DNA of 53,719 nt from Parcubacteria group bacterium (GCA_028286525.1 JAQBRL010000021.1:1-53719); one strand, 5' to 3'; numbered from the stretch's first letter, positions 9,180-16,392 are shown. Made by a program: numbers and translations. Notes: generated by a model not told the origin, from the sequence alone.

Positions 9180-10349
9180 TTAATGCGAACCGAGATACAT
9201 ACGCGTTATCGGACCGAAGTTACCGATGGCAGGCGATATTCCCACATTCGCTTGATATTCAGCGAGGGCTGCACGCGTCAGCGCGCCGAAATAGCCGGTA
9301 GCGCCAGCTGAAGCGAGCCTGCCGGCTGCGGAGCCGGTGCTGCGGGATATCAAGAACTGCTGCAAGAAGGTCACCTGGCCGTTACGCATCCCTTGGCGCA
9401 GATCGATTCCAATGGTCTGGACTTGGGTACTGGGCGAAGAAACCATGCCGTTCGCGCCTGTGTTGGTGTTTACGGATGTGGTCACCGTAGTCGTGGTCGG
9501 AGACGGTGAAGCAGATGACGAGGAGGATGAAGTCGTGGTCGTATTGGTCGTGGTTGTAGGAACTGGCGGCGCGACCGTCACAGCCGCGCTCGATCCTGAA
9601 GGCGCGGTAACGGCATTCGAATCGAGCGTAACCGCGGTCTGGGCGAGCGCGCGTCCTTCGAGCGACGCGCCCGTATTCAAGACGATCGCGGTCTGGTCGA
9701 GGATATTTCCTTTGAAGCTCGCGGTCGTGCCGATGGTCGTTTGTCCGGCAACTACCCAGAAGACATTCTGCGCTTGCGCACCTCCGGCAAGCACGATGTG
9801 CACGCCCGAAGCTACGTTCAAGCCCTGCGCTATCTGAAGTATCCAGACATCGTTCGCGCTTCCGGAGAGCGTAACGTCGGTCGGCACGGTCACCCCTGTG
9901 CCCCATTTATATACGCCGGGAGCGAGCGTAAGGCCCCCGATATTGCCCGCCCCGAGTTCGGTCACGTTTGGCGCGCGGCCAGCTGCGTCCGTGTAGGCGG
10001 TCTGCATGTCGAGTACGGCGGTCGTAAGGGCGGAAGGGGTAGGGTTCGCGTAGTCGGACGCATAGAGCTTTCCAGTAACGAGCGCGGATGTGGAATAGGC
10101 GCCAGCTGCAGGAAGCGTCAGCGCGAAGCCGGTGAGGTAGCTTGCGGCGGCTGGACTAAGTCCGATGTCGCCCGTGACCGAGGTAGAGCCCGTGGTCGAG
10201 ACCCCGGTCTTCGTCAGGATGGCGTAATTGCCTGCGGTCCCGAGATTGACTGCCGCCGGTCCTGCCGCGAGCGCTAGAGTAGGGATAATGAGACTGAACG
10301 CTAAAGAGACAGCGACAAGCGCTGCCGAGGCAGTAGTATTGGTTTTCAT
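9180..10349 (-). CDS. Ice-binding protein (DUF3494) with S/T linker and C-terminal peptidoglycan-binding-like domain
   Basis: VNLGTAGNYAILTKTG, LAPGVYKW, GAQAQNVFWVVAG, GRALAQTAVTLD; C-terminal TGYFGALTRAALAEYQ...GNFGPITR. Confidence 0.9.
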   Translation of the reverse strand: MKTNTTASAALVAVSLAFSLIIPTLALAAGPAAVNLGTAGNYAILTKTGVSTTGSTSVTGDIGLSPAAASYLTGFALTLPAAGAYSTSALVTGKLYASDYANPTPSALTTAVLDMQTAYTDAAGRAPNVTELGAGNIGGLTLAPGVYKWGTGVTVPTDVTLSGSANDVWILQIAQGLNVASGVHIVLAGGAQAQNVFWVVAGQTTIGTTASFKGNILDQTAIVLNTGASLEGRALAQTAVTLDSNAVTAPSGSSAAVTVAPPVPTTTTNTTTTSSSSSSASPSPTTTTVTTSVNTNTGANGMVSSPSTQVQTIGIDLRQGMRNGQVTFLQQFLISRSTGSAAGRLASAGATGYFGALTRAALAEYQANVGISPAIGNFGPITRMYLGSH

Positions 10350-10479
10350 ATAGTTTTTATGGGCGGATAGTCGAGCGTGCTTGCAGAGGGCAAACACCGA
10401 AGCGATGTAAAGAGGAGGCCAACGACCTTTCAGTTCGATATATTCATAACGCGTTCATCATGAAGGTTTAATGAAGAGG

Positions 10480-11202
10480 CTAAAGCCTGTTTTGGGTAGC
10501 TTTGTATACAGGTCCCGCTGGATGAGACGTGCGGTATAGATACCGCAATCGTATACGGTTGGCGAGTACCACCACGGCACCGAATACCAGGAAGAAGGGT
10601 ATGAAACCGAGCGCGGCGCGGGCAACGCCGGCGTATCCTTGCAGCCGTGTCGGATCGACAAAGAAGTACGGGTAGCTATGGGTGAATACACCGAGCAGTT
10701 CCACATAGAGCAGGTAGAAGGCGGTCACCGCTATCCATACGAGAACGGCCCACCACCGTACCGGCTTCTTCGTCGGGAAGGCGACCCAGTCGATGGCCAT
10801 CACTATCGGCATGACGTAATGAAAGACGCTGTTTATCCATGGAATTGAATCCTGCAGCGTACCCTGATGCCCGGGGCCTCGCAGAAAGAGGGTATAGGTC
10901 ACTCCCGTGGCGATGATGCAGAAGGTAGCCAGCCCGCGCAGTCGCTCAAAGCGCGGCGAAAGCTCGTGGCCCATCAGGTCCGCTCGAGCTTCGGCACAGA
11001 GTACGACCGCGACAAGGATATTGCTCAATATCGTGAAGTAGCTCGCGAAGAGCCCTACGTAGGCGAGGGTTATGCCGCCCGCTACGATAATGCCGTACGC
11101 GAACTGAATGACGAGCGCCGCAACGATAAGAAGGGCGAAACCGAATTGATAGAGTGTGCGAAAACGCAGCACGTGCTGTTTCATGTATTCATATATACGC
11201 AT
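10480..11202 (-). CDS. Pr6Pr family membrane protein
   Basis: SYFTILSNIL, HYVMPIVMAIDW and YPYFFVDP motifs. Confidence 0.85.
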   Translation of the reverse strand: MRIYEYMKQHVLRFRTLYQFGFALLIVAALVIQFAYGIIVAGGITLAYVGLFASYFTILSNILVAVVLCAEARADLMGHELSPRFERLRGLATFCIIATGVTYTLFLRGPGHQGTLQDSIPWINSVFHYVMPIVMAIDWVAFPTKKPVRWWAVLVWIAVTAFYLLYVELLGVFTHSYPYFFVDPTRLQGYAGVARAALGFIPFFLVFGAVVVLANRIRLRYLYRTSHPAGPVYKATQNRL

Positions 11203-11289
11203 ACGGTAGGATAATTCTTGCGTAGCAAGACAGAGAGCCCAAGCCTTTCGGAAAACGCTATACCTTCTTATCGCATTGCCAACTCGGCC

Positions 11290-11451
11290 TCATTTCAGGA
11301 ATCTCAAGCAAAAGGCAGCAAAAACCAGGACGATACCGATGTTTACGATGAGTCGCTCCCAGAACCGATCCCTAAAGAACAGTACATCGACACCGACGAT
11401 AATGGCTATCAGAACCACGACGCAAACGGCGATGAGTATCGGCCTTGTCAT
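11290..11451 (-). CDS. 53-aa two-TM small membrane protein (not in ORF track)
   Basis: Manual translation MTRPILIAVCVVVLIAIIVGVDVLFFRDRFWERLIVNIGIVLVFAAFCLRFLK*. Confidence 0.7.
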   Translation of the reverse strand: MTRPILIAVCVVVLIAIIVGVDVLFFRDRFWERLIVNIGIVLVFAAFCLRFLK

Positions 11452-11500
11452 TGCTTAAAACCATACCACCCCGACCCTGATAAAAGCCTAAACGAAGTCA

Positions 11501-11533
11501 TCCGTTGGATGGAGGATGTTCGAACCTTGTATA
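11501..11533. repeat. Cassette-boundary repeat R1
   Basis: tccgttggatggaggatgttcgaaccttgtata. Confidence 0.8.
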
Positions 11534-11816
11534 CTATTTGAATGAAAAGCCTGAAGTTGGATAAGTCGAGAAAGCTCTTCGTGCTAAGCGTATTAATTAT
11601 CTTGGTATCTCTCGGTAAAATCCTCTTCGATCTCCATAATCATTACCTGATTTGTACCGTCCGTGAGGGAATTAAAACCTGCTGGTAAAGATCGGCTCCG
11701 CGAGTAAGCGAAGCTTGTCGCACTCGCCTCATTTCGCTCACTCTGCTTCGCTGGGTGAAGTGTATAAAAGAAGCCACCCGACAGGGCCGGGCGGCTCCAT
11801 CGGGTGGGGTTGACCC

Positions 11817-12530
11817 TCACCGTGGTACGCAGATGTGCACATAGTCGCCGTATCCGTTCGGACGACGGTGCGGCCAGAGCTGCTTCGTTGTGACTCGAAA
11901 GTGTCGCTCGAGGAGCGGCAATCTCTTCTTGAACGACGGCTTGTACTCGTGCCTCAGCACATCATTCATAAGGATATCGACCGTCCATCCGAGAACTTCA
12001 TCAGGCGCACCTGCTTCGATGGTGTACTTGAGATATTCGTAGCCGAGCTTTGCTGCTGCAAGGCAGCGCTCCTCTTCGTTCGTGTAATCGTCGACGTAGC
12101 AGTCGGAGATGACTGCAACTCCGTCCGGCTTTAGCATTCGGGCGATGTTGGCGATGGCGACTCCCTGGTCCTCATAGGGAACGTGATGCAGAGCGCCGGT
12201 GCACAGCACCATATCGAGACCATCACGCGGGACCGCACACCAGTACCGCACGTCGCCCTGATGGAACTCGATGGGAGCATAGCGTTTCCGTCCGAATTCC
12301 ACGTATCGCTCATCGATATCAACGCCCATGAGTGAAAGGTCAGGACGAGCCTTTCCGATCTCACCCAACAGGTAGCCTGTGCCGCACATGATGTCGAGCA
12401 CCTGACATCCTTCGGGAGCCTTGAGCGCATAGTTGAGAACGGTCTGAAGGGAATCGCGATAGGGCCAGTATCCCAGGCCCCGCTCATAGATTTCAGCTTC
12501 AGGAAGCGGTTTCATCTCGGTCATTTTCAA
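11817..12530 (-). CDS. Class I SAM-dependent methyltransferase (cassette cargo)
   Basis: VLDIMCGTGYL motif I, GVDID, ALHHVP, LKPDG. Confidence 0.9.
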   Translation of the reverse strand: MKMTEMKPLPEAEIYERGLGYWPYRDSLQTVLNYALKAPEGCQVLDIMCGTGYLLGEIGKARPDLSLMGVDIDERYVEFGRKRYAPIEFHQGDVRYWCAVPRDGLDMVLCTGALHHVPYEDQGVAIANIARMLKPDGVAVISDCYVDDYTNEEERCLAAAKLGYEYLKYTIEAGAPDEVLGWTVDILMNDVLRHEYKPSFKKRLPLLERHFRVTTKQLWPHRRPNGYGDYVHICVPR

Positions 12531-12599
12531 TGGCCCTCCCGAGCCGGGTTGCTGGAAAAGAACTTCGGAAGCACCATACCATTTATATATAAAATGTCA

Positions 12600-12637
12600 G
12601 CTCCTGGCTGGAAGATATTCGAACCCGGTGTGTATAA
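12600..12637. repeat. Cassette-boundary repeat R2
   Basis: gctcc--tggctggaagatattcgaacc-cggtgt-gtataa, followed by a hairpin. Confidence 0.85.
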
Positions 12638-12719
12638 AAAGAAGATGACCGCCCTCTGGGAGTGCGGCCATCGGGGGAGCGGCGAGGAAGTTTCTCCGCC
12701 AGGTGACCGCGAGTGGGTG

Positions 12720-12917
12720 TTATTTGCCAAGATGTTCATCACGACGGACCCACTGATATTGGCAACACCCGTGGTCAGCGGTTCTGTTTCGAGCGACATC
12801 CTGAGGCGCGTCGTGACAGCTACATCCGCACGTCGTAGGGTTTCCTATGGCGTAGTCTGGTCCCTGGGTCCGTTGCGATGTCGCCTCACGCCTAAATGGC
12901 CTAAAAAGGTCAAACAT
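12720..12917 (-). CDS. 65-aa Cys/His-rich protein (cassette cargo)
   Basis: AGGAAC RBS, TTGACA at 12973-12978; CGCSCHD...HGCC motif; fills the R2-R3 interval. Confidence 0.65.
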   Translation of the reverse strand: MFDLFRPFRREATSQRTQGPDYAIGNPTTCGCSCHDAPQDVARNRTADHGCCQYQWVRRDEHLGK

Positions 12918-12983
12918 TCTGCTAGTTCCTAACTGGTGATTCCTAAATATAGGGTACGTTGAAAAAAGCTATTGTCAAGTTTT

Positions 12984-13023
12984 GCTCCGCTGGCTGGAGG
13001 ATGTACGAACCTCTTTTGTATAA
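12984..13023. repeat. Cassette-boundary repeat R3
   Basis: gctccgctggctggaggatgtacgaacc-tctttt-gtataa. Confidence 0.9.
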
Positions 13024-13088
13024 AAAAACCGCCCCTTCCGCACGAAACGAAAGGGGTTAGGATTTTCGTCTCGCGCGGAGGTGGGCGG

Positions 13089-13502
13089 CTAGATTGAACG
13101 CACAGTTGCTATGTGACGGAACTCCTCGCTTTGGTCGAGCAGAGACTGCATACGAGCAGCCGGAGCGCAGCATTCTAGAAGCGTGCGAACGGCGGGCATG
13201 AACTCTTCATTGATGCGTTCCTCGCAGTCAGGCGAAAGGTCAGTTGCCTTCATCAGCGTTTTGACGCCGTTGCCGTAGGTAAGGTCGGACAGCGCAACAA
13301 GATTGTGCTCGTGCCCGTCAATCTCGAGGATAGATTCGACCTGCTCGCCGGCCAGATGCTGCTTGCACACTTCTTCGGCCATCGACTCCGCCACTGTACG
13401 CATCACGGAGTGATAGTGACAGCAGTGAGTGGGGCACTCCGTGCCGTCCTTGTCATGGCAGGTACAAGAACAGGGTCCTGCGAAGGGACTCATGAGCTTC
13501 AT
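13089..13502 (-). CDS. Hypothetical protein with N-terminal CxCxCHD...HCC motif (cassette cargo)
   Basis: GGAG RBS 7 nt before ATG; promoter 13532-13561; fills the R3-R4 interval. Confidence 0.75.
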   Translation of the reverse strand: MKLMSPFAGPCSCTCHDKDGTECPTHCCHYHSVMRTVAESMAEEVCKQHLAGEQVESILEIDGHEHNLVALSDLTYGNGVKTLMKATDLSPDCEERINEEFMPAVRTLLECCAPAARMQSLLDQSEEFRHIATVRSI

Positions 13503-13560
13503 TGTCAATCTCCACTATTGTTGGGCCGAAGTAGTTATATCACAAATCTAGAGAATGTCT

Positions 13561-13594
13561 GCTCCGCTGGCTGGAGGATGTTCGAACTCGTTAG
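13561..13594. repeat. Cassette-boundary repeat R4
   Basis: gctccgctggctggaggatgttcgaactcgttag. Confidence 0.9.
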
Positions 13595-14208
13595 AAAAGA
13601 ATCAGCGACAGGATAATCATCCAATAAAAGGCGAGAATACTATAAAAACCGCGCTGGTAACCCAATTCTTCTCGATCTGTAATTAATTTGGAGGTACATA
13701 CTCCTACAAGAAAGTAGAAGGGTATGACTTGCAGGCATGAGAGGTGGGAAAAGAAGCCGAGGTTGGCTGGTAAGTAATAGAACACATACGATCCAAACAG
13801 CAGAAGAAAGAGCCCGTTGTATGCAAGTTCAAGCACAACCGCCTCGGCACCCATGATGAGTCCGGGGCGCAGGTATTCCTTCGGACTAAAGTGATGTATG
13901 GCTGTATCGTTTAGATAGCGGTAGTAGCCCAGGCCACCCCAGATGAAAAAGAAAAAATAACTTATGTCACCGCCATGCGCGGGGAAGAGGTGGTAATTCC
14001 AAAGCGGTGTACTGAAGACTATTTGCCATAAGTTGTTGGTAAGAATCTCCCCGCTTACCCCGAACAAACAGAAAACAGTGATATAGAAAGTGAGCTTTCG
14101 TAGTTCGATCTCAATGATCCTTCGCGTATACAGACAAAGACCAATATAATAAATAAGACTAAACGCCAGGGTGTACGCAAGTGCACTTATCGGCGTAACT
14201 TCTATCAT
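13591..14208 (-). CDS. Multi-pass membrane protein, AT-rich (cassette cargo)
   Basis: About six hydrophobic segments with PLWNY and YYLP motifs; stop codon abuts R4; visibly lower GC than core genes. Confidence 0.8.
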   Translation of the reverse strand: MIEVTPISALAYTLAFSLIYYIGLCLYTRRIIEIELRKLTFYITVFCLFGVSGEILTNNLWQIVFSTPLWNYHLFPAHGGDISYFFFFIWGGLGYYRYLNDTAIHHFSPKEYLRPGLIMGAEAVVLELAYNGLFLLLFGSYVFYYLPANLGFFSHLSCLQVIPFYFLVGVCTSKLITDREELGYQRGFYSILAFYWMIILSLILF

Positions 14209-14242
14209 TCATTCAAGTATATCTCTACCTAACCTGGTCTGG

Positions 14243-14281
14243 GCTCCGCTGGGTGGAGGATGTTCGAACTGTTTTGCATAG
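14243..14281. repeat. Cassette-boundary repeat R5
   Basis: gctccgctgggtggaggatgttcgaactgttttgcatag. Confidence 0.9.
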
Positions 14282-14354
14282 AAATGAAGAAGCCCACCGA
14301 GAAGTAGTGGCCTGATGGGCGACTTCTTGGCGGGCGTGCTGTTCCTTGTTTCTC

Positions 14355-14603
14355 TTAGGCAAGCGGTTGGATATTGAACTGGGTGAGGACTCGGGCGGCG
14401 ACAGTGCGCAGGGCGGTGGACTGTTCGAGCTCAATTCCACGCGCCTCAGTGATGCCTTCTTCGACCACTTCCATGCCGCCGTTCTGGCTAGCAATGAAAG
14501 TATCGAAGTCTTCCTTCGACGTCCAAGTATGCCAGGCGATGACACCCTCGAAGTGACCTGCTTTGGACGTGCCGCGGACTGCAGCGATGTACTGCTCGGC
14601 CAT
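14355..14603 (-). CDS. 82-aa hypothetical protein (cassette cargo)
   Basis: AAGGGAG RBS, promoter 14628-14657; fills the R5-R6 interval. Confidence 0.75.
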   Translation of the reverse strand: MAEQYIAAVRGTSKAGHFEGVIAWHTWTSKEDFDTFIASQNGGMEVVEEGITEARGIELEQSTALRTVAARVLTQFNIQPLA

Positions 14604-14656
14604 AGGACTCCCTTTCTGTAACCGTTATAGTTATATCACACTTCTAAAATATGTCA

Positions 14657-14696
14657 GCTCCGCTGGCTGGAGGATGTTTGAACCTGTTTTGTATAA
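14657..14696. repeat. Cassette-boundary repeat R6
   Basis: gctccgctggctggaggatgtttgaacc-tgtttt-gtataa, followed by hairpin 14697-14725. Confidence 0.9.
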
Positions 14697-14841
14697 AGCA
14701 GACACCGCTCGAGGCGGTGTCTGCTAGCCCAGAGTGTGGGGTCACCATCGCGGGAGGACGCGCACGTGTATAGTCGCTAAAACAAAGGTGTCAATACAAA
14801 TCCACAGATAGGGACGATTTATACTCCCAAAATCCTATTCT

Positions 14842-14856
14842 GCTCCGCGGGCAGGA
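14842..14856. repeat. 15-bp direct duplication of the tRNA-Asn 3' end (att-like)
   Basis: gctccgcgggcagga identical to 15012-15026. Confidence 0.85.
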
Positions 14857-14967
14857 CACTCGAGCTACACTCGCTGTCCACTCTGCGGATTTTGCTTCGC
14901 AAAATGCTCGCATGAGTTTCTTCGAATCCTACACGAACGCGTTCCAGGCGTACTCTGCGGAGCTGAG

Positions 14968-15002
14968 AAACGCAAAATCGCCCGTTCAGGGCGATTGCGT
15001 TT
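14968..15002 (-). terminator. Hairpin downstream of tRNA-Asn
   Basis: aaacgcaaaatcgccc / gggcgattgcgttt inverted repeat. Confidence 0.65.
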
Positions 15003-15050
15003 GAAAACTAAGCTCCGCGGGCAGGATTCGAACCTGCGACCGATCGATTA

Positions 15051-15605
15051 CACGTATCTAATCATTTCTGAAAAGGGTGGACTATATCATCGCCCGTTCC
15101 TAGGAACTGGGGCGGGAGGCGCTTCCGATCGCTTTCGCGACAGTACTCCCTTGCGGGATAGTCTCTGAACCTTCAATCCGATTCCTCGGAAAGCTTGGCT
15201 GCTGATTACCCTCGTCTTTCTCGTTAGGGCTTCCAGCAATTCACCTCCTTTTCATCCCTGAATTACTTCTAGGGAGCTGCGTAATGTTGTCGTGCACTTC
15301 GGCGTGGCAGTTAGCGCATAGGAGGACGCACTTTTCCAATTCGGCGCGCATCTTTTCCCACGATCTGGTGAGACCTCGAGAAGAAAGACCGAAATCCTTC
15401 TTTGAGGGATCAATATGATGGAAAACCATTGCGCGCCTGCATCGGGCGTATCCGCATACAATGCATTTGCCGCCGCCGTACTCGAGAGCCATGTCGCGAA
15501 GTTTCTTTCGTCGCTTCGCAACCGCTTTTTTCATGTACTCTGCACGATCAGCATAGGTTCGTGTCTCTGGCATATACACATGAGTATACCAGGGACACAC
15601 GTACC
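15051..15605 (-). mobile_element. Group I intron (555 nt) inserted at anticodon position 35/36
   Basis: 5' exon ends in U, intron ends in G; core elements gaattgctggaa (P), aatcagcag (Q), ttcagagactat (R), gatatagtcc (S). Confidence 0.92.
15241..15573 (-). CDS. Intron-encoded HNH endonuclease (putative homing endonuclease)
   Basis: CIVCGY...FHHIDP...CVLLCANCHAEVH; lies in the 5' part of the intron, stop overlaps the P element. Confidence 0.88.
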   Translation of the reverse strand: MPETRTYADRAEYMKKAVAKRRKKLRDMALEYGGGKCIVCGYARCRRAMVFHHIDPSKKDFGLSSRGLTRSWEKMRAELEKCVLLCANCHAEVHDNITQLPRSNSGMKRR

Positions 15606-15731
15606 ACAGTCGACTGCTCTACCGCTGAGCTACCGCGGAGCTTAGTTTTCAACCTCTGAACATGCCCTCCGATGAGGGCTTCCGTATTCTAGCTGAAAAG
15701 CACGAAACGGCAACGGGTATACTGCGAGGAT

Positions 15732-15974
15732 ATGATCACCCTCTACATCAATCCGGCCTGTCCGTTCTGTCAGAAAACGCTCGAAGTAGCGCGGGAGGTG
15801 GGAGCACCCCTTACGGTAAAGAATATCCATGATGAAGGCGTTGCTGACGAGCTGGTCCGCATCGGCGGCAAGAAGCAGATGCCGTTCATGGTGGACGACG
15901 AGGATGAGGTTTCCATGTACGAATCGGAGGACATCATGGCGTACCTTCACCAGAAGTACTCCCAAAAAACGTAA
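15732..15974 (+). CDS. Glutaredoxin-like protein (GST N-terminal-type fold)
   Basis: CPFC, GGKKQMPFMVD, MYESEDI. Confidence 0.9.
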   Translation: MITLYINPACPFCQKTLEVAREVGAPLTVKNIHDEGVADELVRIGGKKQMPFMVDDEDEVSMYESEDIMAYLHQKYSQKT

Positions 15975-16023
15975 CGTATACTGATAGGGTATCTACCTTC
16001 TTACGAGCGCTAACCCACGAAGT

Positions 16024-16392
16024 ATGCAAATACAATTCAAGGGAACCAATTATGAGCTCACTTCGGACATGACCGACCTTGCCACTCGCAAGGTCGAAGG
16101 ACTCCAAAAATACGTCGGGAAAACAGGAAGCGAGCCGCTCGCGTACGTCGACCTCGGCAAGCATACGGAAGCGCATCATACCGGAGCCATCTGGTATGCC
16201 GACTGCAATCTAGACGTGGAAGGGAAGCGCTACTACGCGAAAGCCGAAGCGGAAACCTTGCGCAGCGCTATCGACAAGATGGTGGCGGAGCTCGCTAAGG
16301 AATTGCACAGCGCCAAGAAAAAACATGAGACCATGATCCGCAAGGGAGGCGGACGCGTGAAAGCGTTCTTCAGGGATTTCAGGAACGCGTAA
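16024..16392 (+). CDS. raiA: Ribosome hibernation factor RaiA/HPF (S30AE family)
   Basis: MQIQFKGTNYELT...AKAEAETLRSAIDKMVAEL. Confidence 0.85.
   Translation: MQIQFKGTNYELTSDMTDLATRKVEGLQKYVGKTGSEPLAYVDLGKHTEAHHTGAIWYADCNLDVEGKRYYAKAEAETLRSAIDKMVAELAKELHSAKKKHETMIRKGGGRVKAFFRDFRNA

Larger units (their letters stand above)
15013..15639 (-). tRNA. tRNA-Asn(GTT) split by a group I intron (exon 1 15606-15639, exon 2 15013-15050); no encoded CCA
   Basis: Joined exons give tccgcggtagctcagcggtagagcagtcgact-gt|t-aatcgatcggtcgcaggttcgaatcctgcccgcggag, a full cloverleaf. Confidence 0.93.

Noticed and set aside
11218..11541. 107-aa plus-strand ORF ending in IRWMEDVRTLYTI as an integrase remnant
   Set aside because: No recombinase motifs; it is the antisense shadow of the 53-aa membrane gene that happens to run into R1.
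11593..11820. 75-aa minus-strand ORF
   Set aside because: Runs through a terminator and a truncated repeat; at most its 3' part is a gene fragment.
9085..14696. Repeats as a CRISPR array
   Set aside because: Intervals are ~0.35-2.4 kb and contain whole genes; no cas genes in the window.
9085..14696. Repeats as classical integron attC sites
   Set aside because: Only an 8-bp GTTCGAAC palindrome; no long R''-L''-L'-R' hairpin and no intI; cassettes have their own promoters.
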